From assembly GCF_041886205.1 (NCBI RefSeq), contig NZ_CP169029.1: a stretch of DNA of 64,000 nucleotides. One strand, 5' to 3'. The DNA is from Escherichia coli (GTDB taxonomy: Bacteria > Pseudomonadota > Gammaproteobacteria > Enterobacterales > Enterobacteriaceae). Position 1 is the stretch's first letter. Every line of letters begins with the position of its first letter. This document shows, piece after piece, positions 29,863 through 41,770 of this stretch. The translations under genes were made by a program, and so were the position numbers. The notes below the pieces were generated by a model. The model saw only the letters and a program-made list of their open reading frames with translations, had not been told where the DNA came from and did not search any database.

Positions 29863-30609
29863 ATGGAACAAGCGCATACCCAGCTGATTGCCCAACTGAA
29901 CGAGCGTATTTTAGCGGCGGATAACACGCCGCTTTATATTAAGTTTGCCGAAACGGTAAAAAATGCCGTGCGCAGCGGGGTGCTGGAGCATGGCAATATT
30001 TTGCCCGGTGAGCGTGATTTAAGTCAGTTAACCGGCGTTTCGCGCATTACGGTGCGCAAGGCGATGCAGGCGCTGGAAGAAGAGGGTGTGGTGACGCGTT
30101 CGCGCGGTTACGGCACGCAGATCAACAACATCTTCGAATACTCGTTGAAAGAAGCGCGAGGTTTTTCTCAGCAGGTGGTATTGCGCGGGAAAAAGCCCGA
30201 TACGCTATGGGTTAACAAGCGTGTCGTGAAATGTCCCGAAGAAGTCGCGCAGCAGCTGGCGGTCGAAGCAGGAAGTGATGTCTTTTTGCTTAAGCGTATT
30301 CGCTATGTCGATGAAGAAGCGGTATCGATTGAGGAATCGTGGGTTCCGGCGCATTTAATTCATGATGTTGATGCCATCGGGATTTCACTTTATGACTATT
30401 TCCGCAGCCAGCACATTTACCCACAACGTACGCGTTCCCGCGTTAGCGCCCGGATGCCGGATGCCGAGTTTCAGTCACATATTCAGTTAGATAGCAAAAT
30501 ACCGGTGCTGGTGATCAAGCAAGTGGCGCTTGACCAACAGCAACGGCCTATTGAGTACAGCATTAGCCACTGTCGCAGCGATCTATACGTTTTTGTGTGC
30601 GAGGAGTAG
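29863..30609 (+). CDS. yegW: GntR/HutC-family transcriptional regulator
   Basis: 248 aa. It has an N-terminal winged HTH (LPGERDLSQLTGVSRITVRKAMQALEEEGVV) and a UTRA-like C-terminal half. Confidence 0.9.
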   Translation: MEQAHTQLIAQLNERILAADNTPLYIKFAETVKNAVRSGVLEHGNILPGERDLSQLTGVSRITVRKAMQALEEEGVVTRSRGYGTQINNIFEYSLKEARGFSQQVVLRGKKPDTLWVNKRVVKCPEEVAQQLAVEAGSDVFLLKRIRYVDEEAVSIEESWVPAHLIHDVDAIGISLYDYFRSQHIYPQRTRSRVSARMPDAEFQSHIQLDSKIPVLVIKQVALDQQQRPIEYSISHCRSDLYVFVCEE

Positions 30610-31548
30610 TTCCTCGCGCGTTGGCGCACAATCACCGCCCCGATGCCCGACAACCCACGACGCCACTGCATTGCCCAGTAATACGGCATCCGCCAGTGGC
30701 AGACCAGAGGCCAGCCCGGCAAGTACGCCACCGGCATGACTGTCGCCCGCCCCAATGGTGTCGACAACTTGCGTTGGAAATGCCGGAATGCAGCCAGAAG
30801 CGTCGTTGCTGAAATACCATGCGCCTTCTTTATCGAGACGAACGATCAACGGCGCGGCAAATTTCTCCTGCCATTGCTTGCCAAGTGTTGTTATCTCTGC
30901 GGATAAAGCAAAACGTTCGGCGGCAATCTCAGCCTCTTGACGATTGAGCGACACTAAAGGTCGACAGGCCATGATCCGCGCCAGTAATGCATCCGGGATA
31001 TCGCCAATACGTGGGCCAAAATCGATAAACGGCGTCACGTCTTGCAGCTCTTCCAGCCACTCCACTAACAATTCGCCGCAGGGCGAGGCCAGTTGATAAC
31101 CGGAAAAATAGAGCAGGCTGCCAGGCGCAACGGTTAATCGCGCCAGCCACTGGCGATTCCACTGATTTTCAACACCGCTGAATGACATAAAAGTGCGTTC
31201 GCCATCCGGCTCAACCAGCGCCAGACACCAGCCGTTATCACCTTCGGCGTTATCGATCAGGCTGATTAAGCCCTCTTTTGCCATCCGGTTGCGAATAATC
31301 TCCGCCCACACGCCCTGACCGAGCGGCAAGGCATTACCCGCTTCGATGCCGAGGCGCTTTAACGCCACGGCAATATTCAGTGCGCAGCCGCCAACGTTAA
31401 CGCTCTGCTGTTTCAGTTCGATATCGCACCCACGCCAGGGGAGGGCATAAGCGTCGGCGATCACATCAATGACCGCCGCGCCGACGACCATCACCGGCTG
31501 ACGCGAGGTTAATTCAGGCAGCAGCGTGTGTAATCGAGCGCCGCTCAT
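30583..31548 (-). CDS. yegV: PfkB-family carbohydrate/nucleoside kinase
   Basis: 321 aa. It has an N-terminal GG motif (VNVGGCALN) and a C-terminal DTIGAGDSHAGG motif. The start overlaps the yegU stop (ATGA). Confidence 0.9.
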   Translation of the reverse strand: MSGARLHTLLPELTSRQPVMVVGAAVIDVIADAYALPWRGCDIELKQQSVNVGGCALNIAVALKRLGIEAGNALPLGQGVWAEIIRNRMAKEGLISLIDNAEGDNGWCLALVEPDGERTFMSFSGVENQWNRQWLARLTVAPGSLLYFSGYQLASPCGELLVEWLEELQDVTPFIDFGPRIGDIPDALLARIMACRPLVSLNRQEAEIAAERFALSAEITTLGKQWQEKFAAPLIVRLDKEGAWYFSNDASGCIPAFPTQVVDTIGAGDSHAGGVLAGLASGLPLADAVLLGNAVASWVVGHRGGDCAPTREELLLAHKNV

Positions 31549-32549
31549 ACCGCCTCCCGTTGTTGACGATATTTCGCCAGCGCTGTGGCATAGCGGTTGA
31601 AATCAAGCTGATTTACCGCATCCAGTTCCGCCTTTAACGCAGGATCGATAGCGTTAACGCCATGCAACGCGCCGCAAATCGCCGTCGCCATAGCGCCGAT
31701 GGTGTCTGTGTCGCCGCCAAGGTTAGCGCACAGGACGGCGCAGCGATTCGGGTCGGTTTGTGCCAGTTCAACCAGCGCAATGGCGCACGGAACGGACTCA
31801 ATAGTGCTGGTACCTGCGCCAACGACCTGGTAAAGCTGTTCGCTGGCGGATTCGGTGCCGTCGGCATTGCGCACAATTTTCAGCGCAATCTCCAGACGTG
31901 CTGCCAGTGAGGCGCTGAAGGTAGTGATGCGTTTTTGCTGTGCATGTCGCGCAATTGAAGGCAGGGAATCAACAATCGCTGACCAGCTTTCTCCGTCAAT
32001 GGCACGAGAAATCGCCCATGCGATGACTACCGCACCTGCAACTGCCAGATCGGATTTATGGGTCGGGCTCGACGCCAGCGCCACATCATCAATAAAGGAA
32101 TCAACATCACGCGCCGGAAGCAAACAACCTAATGGCGAGACGCGCATCGCTGCGCCGTTGGTCACGCCGTTGTTTTCCAGTTCAGCAACGGGTTTACCGT
32201 CGCGAATGGCGTTAAGCGCAATCTTCGAGGTCGGACCTAGTACGTTTTTGTTAAAGGCGTCGAAACGCAGCGCCCAGTCGAGAATATTACGCCCAATCAG
32301 ATCCGGATCGATCTTGCCTTCACGTTCCAGTAACGCATCCGCCAGACACAGCGCCATCGAGGTATCGTCGGTGAATTCGGCGCGGTTAAAATAACAGGCC
32401 GCGTTATTCTCCTTTGGTCCAGGAAGAAAACGGTCAATCCAGCCAAAGTGTGCTTTAACGCGGCTGCGTGGCCAAAGCTCGGAGGGCATCCCCATCGCAT
32501 CCCCTAACGCCTGCCCATAAAGAGCACCGAGAATACGTTCTGTTTTCAT
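31545..32549 (-). CDS. yegU: ADP-ribosylglycohydrolase-family protein
   Basis: 334 aa. GALYGQALGDAMGMPSE, FTDDTSMAL and GGDTDTIGAM match the ARH/DraG metal-binding signatures. The start overlaps the yegT stop. Confidence 0.9.
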   Translation of the reverse strand: MKTERILGALYGQALGDAMGMPSELWPRSRVKAHFGWIDRFLPGPKENNAACYFNRAEFTDDTSMALCLADALLEREGKIDPDLIGRNILDWALRFDAFNKNVLGPTSKIALNAIRDGKPVAELENNGVTNGAAMRVSPLGCLLPARDVDSFIDDVALASSPTHKSDLAVAGAVVIAWAISRAIDGESWSAIVDSLPSIARHAQQKRITTFSASLAARLEIALKIVRNADGTESASEQLYQVVGAGTSTIESVPCAIALVELAQTDPNRCAVLCANLGGDTDTIGAMATAICGALHGVNAIDPALKAELDAVNQLDFNRYATALAKYRQQREAV

Positions 32550-33823
32550 TTAACTTCCCCTTGTGTCAACGCAATATCGCGATCATCGACCTTGATAGCC
32601 GTAATTTCGTTGTCGGATTCGCGGAAAAAAATCATGAACAGCACGGCGATAATGGCAATCATCACCGCGCCGAAAGTCCACATCCCGGACCAGTTGAAAG
32701 TCAGCCCGTTTACCGGTTCCGGATAAGCGAACATCTTTTCCATCATCACACCGCCAAGACGATAGCCGAGCAAACTGCCGAAGCCCTGGCAGCAGAGCGT
32801 GATCAGCCCCTGCGCGGCGGTACGCATATGCACGGGGGCTTTTTTATCGACATAGATGTAAGCGGTAACGTAGTAAAAATCGTAACTTACGCCGTGAAGC
32901 AAAATACCGAGGAACAGTAACGCGTAAGTGAAATATTCATCCGCACTACCGTAAATAAAGAAGCCATAGCGGATCGCAGCGGTGACCAGACCAAGCAATA
33001 ATACCTTTTTGATACCAAAGCGTTTAGTGAAAAACGGCAATGCCAGCATAAAGAAGATTTCAGAGAACTGGCCGAGCGTCATCCAGCCGGTGGCGTTTTT
33101 CATGCCAACTTCGGTCAGATAACCGTTGGCAAAGATGTAATAGAACGCCAGTGGCATCGCAAACAGGAATGAACAGAAGAAAAAGACGAGGAAGTTTTTA
33201 TCGCGCAGCAGGATCAGCGCATCCAGGCCGAGCATGACTTTAATGTCCATTTTGCCGGTGCTTTTTGGCGGCGTGTCGGGCAGGAAAAACGCAAACACAC
33301 CGAGCAGAGCAGAACTTCCGGCGGTAATCAGCAGCGGGATGTTAGTCGGTGAGATATCGGCATACCCCAGCATTTGCGGCAAGAAACCACATGCCAGACC
33401 AGAGGCAATCCAGCCGATAGTGCCCATCACACGAATGCGCGGGAAATCACGCTCCACATCCGGCACGTTGGCAAAAGCGATACTGTTAGTCAGCGCAATG
33501 GTCGGCATATAGGTTAGCGAGTAGGCCAGCAGTAACGGGAAGAACCCGGCAAAAGTGGTCTGTTGCGCAGCGAAATACATCAGCAGCGCGCCTGCGAACA
33601 TCAATACCGCCAGCACTTTTTGCGCCGAGAAAAAGCGGTCAGTGATGGAGCCAACCAGAATTGGCGACAGGATCGCCGCAATGGCTGTGCAGGCATACGA
33701 CCAGCCAATTTCTCCGGCACTAAAACCGCTTTTACTTAACCACAACCACAATGGCACAAACCACGCGCCCCAGATAAACCATTCAACAAACATCATGAAC
33801 GACAGCTTTGCTGTTGTTTTCAT
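32546..33823 (-). CDS. yegT: MFS nucleoside:H+ symporter-family transporter
   Basis: 425 aa, polytopic, resembling NupG/XapB. It is the first gene of the yegTUV unit. Confidence 0.9.
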   Translation of the reverse strand: MKTTAKLSFMMFVEWFIWGAWFVPLWLWLSKSGFSAGEIGWSYACTAIAAILSPILVGSITDRFFSAQKVLAVLMFAGALLMYFAAQQTTFAGFFPLLLAYSLTYMPTIALTNSIAFANVPDVERDFPRIRVMGTIGWIASGLACGFLPQMLGYADISPTNIPLLITAGSSALLGVFAFFLPDTPPKSTGKMDIKVMLGLDALILLRDKNFLVFFFCSFLFAMPLAFYYIFANGYLTEVGMKNATGWMTLGQFSEIFFMLALPFFTKRFGIKKVLLLGLVTAAIRYGFFIYGSADEYFTYALLFLGILLHGVSYDFYYVTAYIYVDKKAPVHMRTAAQGLITLCCQGFGSLLGYRLGGVMMEKMFAYPEPVNGLTFNWSGMWTFGAVMIAIIAVLFMIFFRESDNEITAIKVDDRDIALTQGEVK

Positions 33824-34079
33824 CTTTTAATTCCTTCATGACAGGTAATGTAAGGTACGCGATGACAATACCACTTAATAATACCTTTTAAATACCTTTG
33901 CGGTGAAAACTTGACCGCGCTAACATTTTTTCTGATGAATCGAGCCAACAGAAAACGCTGAAAAAACATCCAAAAGATGGAAAAACTCGCCCGTAACGAC
34001 CAGGATTATGATTGCCCGCAAAAGGCGGGCCAGGAAAATCCATAGCCGATATCCAATCGGAATTTACGGGAGCATAGTA

Positions 34080-35132
34080 ATGACAGATATTGCGCAGTTG
34101 CTTGGCAAAGACGCCGACAACCTTTTACAGCACCGTTGTATGACTATTCCTTCTGACCAGCTTTATCTCCCCGGACATGACTACGTAGACCGCGTGATGA
34201 TTGACAATAATCGCCCGCCTGCGGTGTTACGTAATATGCAGACGTTGTACAACACCGGGCGTCTGGCTGGCACAGGATATCTTTCTATTCTGCCGGTTGA
34301 CCAGGGCGTTGAGCACTCTGCCGGAGCTTCATTTGCCGCTAACCCGCTCTATTTTGACCCGAAAAACATTGTTGAACTGGCGATCGAAGCGGGCTGTAAC
34401 TGTGTGGCGTCAACTTACGGCGTGCTGGCGTCGGTATCGCGGCGTTATGCGCATCGCATTCCATTCCTCGTCAAACTTAATCACAACGAGACGCTAAGTT
34501 ACCCGAATACCTACGATCAAACGCTGTATGCCAGCGTGGAGCAGGCGTTCAACATGGGCGCGGTTGCGGTTGGTGCGACTATCTATTTTGGCTCGGAAGA
34601 GTCACGTCGCCAGATTGAAGAAATTTCTGCGGCTTTTGAACGTGCGCACGAGCTGGGTATGGTGACAGTGCTGTGGGCCTATTTGCGTAACTCCGCCTTT
34701 AAGAAAGATGGCGTTGATTACCATGTTTCCGCCGACCTGACCGGTCAGGCAAACCATCTGGCGGCAACCATCGGTGCAGATATCGTCAAACAAAAAATGG
34801 CGGAAAATAACGGCGGCTATAAAGCAATTAATTACGGTTACACCGACGATCGTGTTTACAGCAAATTGACCAGCGAAAACCCGATTGATCTGGTGCGTTA
34901 TCAGTTAGCTAACTGCTATATGGGTCGGGCTGGGTTGATAAACTCCGGCGGTGCTGCGGGCGGTGAAACTGACCTCAGCGATGCAGTGCGTACTGCGGTT
35001 ATCAACAAACGCGCTGGCGGAATGGGGCTGATTCTTGGACGTAAGGCGTTCAAGAAATCGATGGCTGACGGCGTGAAACTGATTAATGCCGTGCAGGACG
35101 TTTATCTCGATAGCAAAATTACTATTGCCTGA
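34080..35132 (+). CDS. fbaB: Class I fructose-bisphosphate aldolase (350 aa)
   Basis: ORF 34008..35132. The start is taken at [20 protein letters not shown], the recalled FbaB N-terminus. Confidence 0.93.
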
Positions 35133-35154
35133 TACGCCTCATACGAACAGCACC

Positions 35155-35275
35155 ACCCCGTAGGACGGATAAGGCGTTTACACTGCATCCGGCAACCTAT
35201 GCCTGATGCGACGCGGAAGCGTCTTATCATGCCTACATAGCACTGCCACGTATGTTTACACCGCATCCGGCATAA
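35155..35275. repeat. REP/BIME cluster
   Basis: GGATAAGGCGTTTACACTGCATCCGGCA, GCCTGATGCGACGC...GCGTCTTATCATGCCTAC and GTTTACACCGCATCCGGCA are typical E. coli REP units. Confidence 0.85.
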
Positions 35276-35294
35276 AAACACGCGCACTTTGCTA

Positions 35295-35324
35295 CGGCTT
35301 CCCTATCGGGAGGCCGTTTTTTTT
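35295..35324 (+). terminator. Rho-independent terminator after fbaB
   Basis: Stem CGGCTTCCC / GGGAGGCCG with loop TATC, followed by TTTTTTTT. Confidence 0.8.
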
Positions 35325-35386
35325 GCCTTTTACTCCTCGAACAATTTTCACATTGTCGTTTTTGTGATCGTTATCTCGACATTTAA

Positions 35387-36311
<925 letters not shown>

Positions 36312-36312
36312 T

Positions 36313-37586
<1,274 letters not shown>

Positions 37587-37595
37587 GGACGGTAT

Positions 37596-38048
37596 ATGAC
37601 TAACCTGTTTGTTCGTAGCGGAATTTCTTTTGTCGATCGTAGCGAAGTTTTAACCCATATCGGTAATGAGATGCTCGCGAAAGGTGTGGTTTATGATACC
37701 TGGCCACAGGCATTAATTGCCAGAGAAGCAGAATTCCCTACCGGGATAATGCTTGAGCAGCACGCCATTGCTATACCGCATTGTGAGGCGATTCATGCTA
37801 AGTCGTCAGCCATTTATCTGTTAAGGCCAACAAATAAAGTTCATTTTCAGCAAGCGGATGATGATAACGACGTGGAGGTGTCGTTGGTTATTGCGTTGAT
37901 TGTGGAAAATCCGCAGCAGCAATTGAAACTTTTACGCTGTTTATTTGGCAAGTTACAACAGCCCGATATCGTCGAGACACTAATCACTCTTCCTGAAACC
38001 CAGTTAAAGGAATACTTCACAAAGTATGTTTTAGATTCAGACGAATAA
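37596..38048 (+). CDS. gatA: Galactitol PTS EIIA
   Basis: 150 aa with the phosphorylatable His context AIAIPHCEA. Confidence 0.93.
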   Translation: MTNLFVRSGISFVDRSEVLTHIGNEMLAKGVVYDTWPQALIAREAEFPTGIMLEQHAIAIPHCEAIHAKSSAIYLLRPTNKVHFQQADDDNDVEVSLVIALIVENPQQQLKLLRCLFGKLQQPDIVETLITLPETQLKEYFTKYVLDSDE

Positions 38049-38078
38049 ATCCCTCTGTAACAATAAAAAGGACTATTT

Positions 38079-38363
38079 ATGAAACGCAAGATTATTGTCG
38101 CTTGCGGAGGCGCGGTTGCGACCTCTACGATGGCGGCGGAAGAAATTAAAGAGTTGTGTCAGAATCATAATATTCCTGTTGAATTAATCCAGTGTCGGGT
38201 TAATGAAATAGAAACCTATATGGATGGTGTGCATTTGATATGCACCACTGCCAAAGTGGATCGTAGTTTTGGCGATATTCCGTTAGTTCACGGCATGCCT
38301 TTTATTTCTGGTATCGGTATCGAAGCATTACAAAATAAAATTCTGACTATCTTACAGGGGTGA
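38079..38363 (+). CDS. gatB: Galactitol PTS EIIB
   Basis: 94 aa with an N-terminal active-site Cys ([13 protein letters not shown]). Confidence 0.93.
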   Translation: MKRKIIVACGGAVATSTMAAEEIKELCQNHNIPVELIQCRVNEIETYMDGVHLICTTAKVDRSFGDIPLVHGMPFISGIGIEALQNKILTILQG

Positions 38364-38366
38364 CCT

Positions 38367-39722
38367 ATGTTTTCAGAAGTCATGCGTTATATTCTCGACC
38401 TCGGCCCTACGGTGATGCTGCCGATTGTCATCATTATTTTTTCTAAAATATTAGGCATGAAGGCAGGCGATTGCTTTAAAGCGGGTCTGCATATCGGGAT
38501 TGGCTTTGTTGGCATTGGCCTTGTGATTGGCTTAATGCTGGATTCCATTGGCCCGGCGGCGAAAGCGATGGCGGAAAATTTCGACCTGAATCTGCATGTG
38601 GTCGATGTTGGCTGGCCGGGCTCTTCACCAATGACCTGGGCGTCGCAAATTGCGCTGGTGGCGATTCCGATTGCGATTCTGGTTAACGTGGCGATGTTAC
38701 TGACCCGTATGACGCGGGTGGTAAATGTTGATATCTGGAATATCTGGCATATGACCTTCACCGGCGCGTTGCTGCATCTGGCAACTGGTTCATGGATGAT
38801 AGGGATGGCAGGTGTGGTAATTCACGCGGCGTTTGTTTATAAGCTCGGCGACTGGTTTGCCCGCGATACCCGAAATTTCTTTGAGCTGGAAGGTATTGCT
38901 ATTCCGCACGGTACGTCGGCGTATATGGGGCCGATTGCGGTGCTGGTCGATGCTATCATCGAGAAAATCCCAGGCGTTAACCGAATTAAATTTAGCGCCG
39001 ACGATATTCAGCGCAAATTTGGTCCATTTGGCGAGCCTGTCACCGTGGGTTTTGTGATGGGGCTGATTATCGGCATCCTCGCGGGTTACGATGTCAAAGG
39101 TGTATTGCAGCTGGCGGTAAAAACGGCGGCAGTGATGCTGCTAATGCCACGGGTGATTAAACCCATCATGGATGGTTTAACGCCCATCGCTAAGCAGGCT
39201 CGTAGTCGTTTACAGGCGAAGTTCGGCGGTCAGGAGTTCCTGATTGGCCTTGATCCGGCGTTGCTGCTGGGACATACGGCGGTGGTATCGGCAAGCCTGA
39301 TTTTTATCCCACTCACCATTTTAATTGCTGTTTGTGTGCCGGGTAATCAGGTGCTGCCGTTTGGCGATCTTGCCACCATCGGCTTCTTCGTGGCGATGGC
39401 GGTCGCCGTGCATCGTGGAAATCTGTTCCGCACCTTAATCTCGGGTGTCATCATTATGAGCATCACCCTGTGGATCGCGACGCAAACTATTGGTTTGCAC
39501 ACCCAACTGGCGGCTAATGCTGGGGCGTTAAAAGCCGGGGGTATGGTGGCTTCAATGGATCAGGGCGGTTCTCCCATTACCTGGTTACTGATTCAGGTTT
39601 TCTCCCCGCAAAATATTCCCGGTTTCATTATTATCGGTGCAATTTATCTGACCGGTATTTTCATGACCTGGCGTAGAGCGCGTGGCTTTATTAAACAAGA
39701 GAAAGTCGTTCTCGCAGAATAA
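38367..39722 (+). CDS. gatC: Galactitol PTS EIIC
   Basis: 451-aa polytopic membrane protein. Confidence 0.95.
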   Translation: MFSEVMRYILDLGPTVMLPIVIIIFSKILGMKAGDCFKAGLHIGIGFVGIGLVIGLMLDSIGPAAKAMAENFDLNLHVVDVGWPGSSPMTWASQIALVAIPIAILVNVAMLLTRMTRVVNVDIWNIWHMTFTGALLHLATGSWMIGMAGVVIHAAFVYKLGDWFARDTRNFFELEGIAIPHGTSAYMGPIAVLVDAIIEKIPGVNRIKFSADDIQRKFGPFGEPVTVGFVMGLIIGILAGYDVKGVLQLAVKTAAVMLLMPRVIKPIMDGLTPIAKQARSRLQAKFGGQEFLIGLDPALLLGHTAVVSASLIFIPLTILIAVCVPGNQVLPFGDLATIGFFVAMAVAVHRGNLFRTLISGVIIMSITLWIATQTIGLHTQLAANAGALKAGGMVASMDQGGSPITWLLIQVFSPQNIPGFIIIGAIYLTGIFMTWRRARGFIKQEKVVLAE

Positions 39723-39769
39723 TTTTTACCTGAGGGGGAGGTTATCCCCCTTAACAATCAGGAGTTTTT

Positions 39770-40810
39770 ATGAAATCAGTGGTGAATGATACTGATGGTA
39801 TCGTGCGTGTTGCAGAAAGCGTCATTCCTGAAATTAAACATCAGGATGAGGTGCGGGTAAAAATTGCCAGCTCGGGCTTATGTGGTTCCGATTTACCCAG
39901 GATATTTAAAAATGGTGCACATTATTATCCAATAACGTTAGGCCATGAATTTAGCGGCTATATTGATGCGGTGGGATCCGGTGTTGATGATTTACACCCT
40001 GGCGATGCGGTTGCCTGTGTGCCGTTATTACCCTGTTTTACTTGTCCAGAGTGTCTGAAAGGGTTTTATTCCCAGTGCGCAAAATATGATTTTATTGGCT
40101 CGCGGCGTGATGGTGGATTTGCTGAATATATTGTCGTTAAGCGAAAAAATGTCTTTGCTCTACCCACGGATATGCCTATTGAGGATGGGGCTTTTATTGA
40201 GCCGATTACCGTTGGTCTGCATGCTTTTCATTTAGCGCAAGGTTGTGAGAATAAAAACGTTATTATTATTGGTGCCGGAACCATTGGCCTGCTGGCCATT
40301 CAGTGCGCTGTCGCGCTGGGAGCAAAGAGTGTGACGGCGATCGACATTAGTTCAGAAAAACTGGCACTGGCAAAATCTTTCGGTGCGATGCAAACATTTA
40401 ACAGTAGCGAAATGAGCGCGCCGCAAATGCAGAGCGTTTTACGCGAACTGCGCTTTAATCAGCTTATCCTCGAGACGGCTGGCGTACCGCAAACTGTCGA
40501 ACTGGCGGTAGAGATTGCCGGTCCTCATGCCCAACTGGCGCTGGTGGGCACGTTGCATCAGGATCTGCATTTAACATCGGCAACGTTTGGCAAAATATTG
40601 CGTAAAGAGCTGACGGTTATCGGCAGTTGGATGAACTACTCCAGCCCTTGGCCGGGGCAGGAGTGGGAAACGGCGAGCCGGTTGCTGACAGAACGTAAGT
40701 TAAGCCTGGAGCCATTAATCGCTCACCGTGGAAGCTTTGAAAGCTTCGCCCAGGCGGTGCGTGACATCGCTCGTAATGCTATGCCGGGCAAAGTGTTGCT
40801 CATTCCCTGA
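39770..40810 (+). CDS. gatD: Galactitol-1-phosphate 5-dehydrogenase (Zn-dependent MDR family)
   Basis: 346 aa with GLCGSDL, GHEFSG and GAGTIGLL motifs. Confidence 0.95.
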   Translation: MKSVVNDTDGIVRVAESVIPEIKHQDEVRVKIASSGLCGSDLPRIFKNGAHYYPITLGHEFSGYIDAVGSGVDDLHPGDAVACVPLLPCFTCPECLKGFYSQCAKYDFIGSRRDGGFAEYIVVKRKNVFALPTDMPIEDGAFIEPITVGLHAFHLAQGCENKNVIIIGAGTIGLLAIQCAVALGAKSVTAIDISSEKLALAKSFGAMQTFNSSEMSAPQMQSVLRELRFNQLILETAGVPQTVELAVEIAGPHAQLALVGTLHQDLHLTSATFGKILRKELTVIGSWMNYSSPWPGQEWETASRLLTERKLSLEPLIAHRGSFESFAQAVRDIARNAMPGKVLLIP

Positions 40811-40909
40811 AACCGCGGGCCAGCGTGATGCTGGCCCGGTATTGTGCAAAACAGATCATTCACCAATGGTCCCCCTTCGTTTACACTAGCCACAATTGAA
40901 TATGGGTAA

Positions 40910-41689
40910 ATGACGATGAATTCATTCGAGCGAAGGAATAAGATCATCCAATTAGTGAATGAACAGGGAACCGTGCTTGTTCAGGATCTGGCGGGAGTAT
41001 TTGCTGCCTCGGAAGCGACAATCCGTGCCGATTTGCGCTTTCTCGAACAAAAAGGCGTGGTTACGCGCTTTCATGGCGGTGCGGCGAAAATAATGTCTGG
41101 TAATAGTGAAACCGAGACCCAGGAAGTCGGGTTTAAAGAGCGATTTCAGCTCGCCAGCGCGCCAAAAAACAGAATAGCGCAGGCGGCAGTCAAAATGATC
41201 CACGAAGGGATGACCGTTATTCTCGACAGCGGAAGTACGACAATGCTTATCGCCGAAGGATTAATGACCGCCAAAAATATCACGGTGATTACCAACAGTC
41301 TCCCGGCAGCGTTTGCCCTTTCCGAAAATAAAGACATTACTCTGGTCGTCTGTGGTGGCACGGTCCGCCATAAAACGCGCTCGATGCATGGTTCCATTGC
41401 CGAGCGTTCATTACAGGATATTAATGCCGATTTAATGTTTGTCGGTGCTGATGGTATTGATGCGGTTAATGGTATTACGACCTTTAATGAAGGTTATTCT
41501 ATTAGCGGTGCGATGGTCACAGCCGCTAATAAAGTGATTGCCGTTCTCGATTCATCGAAATTTAACCGTCGCGGTTTTAATCAGGTACTACCAATCGAAA
41601 AAATTGACATTATTATTACCGATGATGCTGTGTCAGAGGTGGATAAACTGGCATTGCAGAAGACGCGGGTAAAATTAATTACGGTGTAG
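40910..41689 (+). CDS. gatR: DeoR-family repressor of the gat operon, apparently intact
   Basis: A single uninterrupted 259-aa ORF with an N-terminal HTH (RRNKIIQLVNEQGTVLVQDLAGVFAASEATIRADLRFLE). Confidence 0.9.
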   Translation: MTMNSFERRNKIIQLVNEQGTVLVQDLAGVFAASEATIRADLRFLEQKGVVTRFHGGAAKIMSGNSETETQEVGFKERFQLASAPKNRIAQAAVKMIHEGMTVILDSGSTTMLIAEGLMTAKNITVITNSLPAAFALSENKDITLVVCGGTVRHKTRSMHGSIAERSLQDINADLMFVGADGIDAVNGITTFNEGYSISGAMVTAANKVIAVLDSSKFNRRGFNQVLPIEKIDIIITDDAVSEVDKLALQKTRVKLITV

Positions 41690-41702
41690 TATTGTTCTGT
41701 AT

Positions 41703-41732
41703 GCCGGATAAGGTGTTTACACCGCATCCGGC
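41703..41732. repeat. REP element
   Basis: GCCGGATAAGGTGTTTACACCGCATCCGGC, between the convergent gatR and yegS. Confidence 0.8.
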
Positions 41733-41770
41733 ATTACGGATTCTCCCTGGTTCAAGAGAGAATAGTTTGA

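Noticed and set aside
31855-32394. A 179-codon ORF antisense to yegU.
   Set aside because: The same reasoning applies. yegU has intact ADP-ribosylglycohydrolase motifs on the other strand.
40816-40838. A GC-rich hairpin, CGGGCCAGC/GCTGGCCCG, after gatD.
   Set aside because: No U-tract follows it. It could be a partial terminator or an RNA stabiliser between gatD and gatR, but I cannot support a terminator call.
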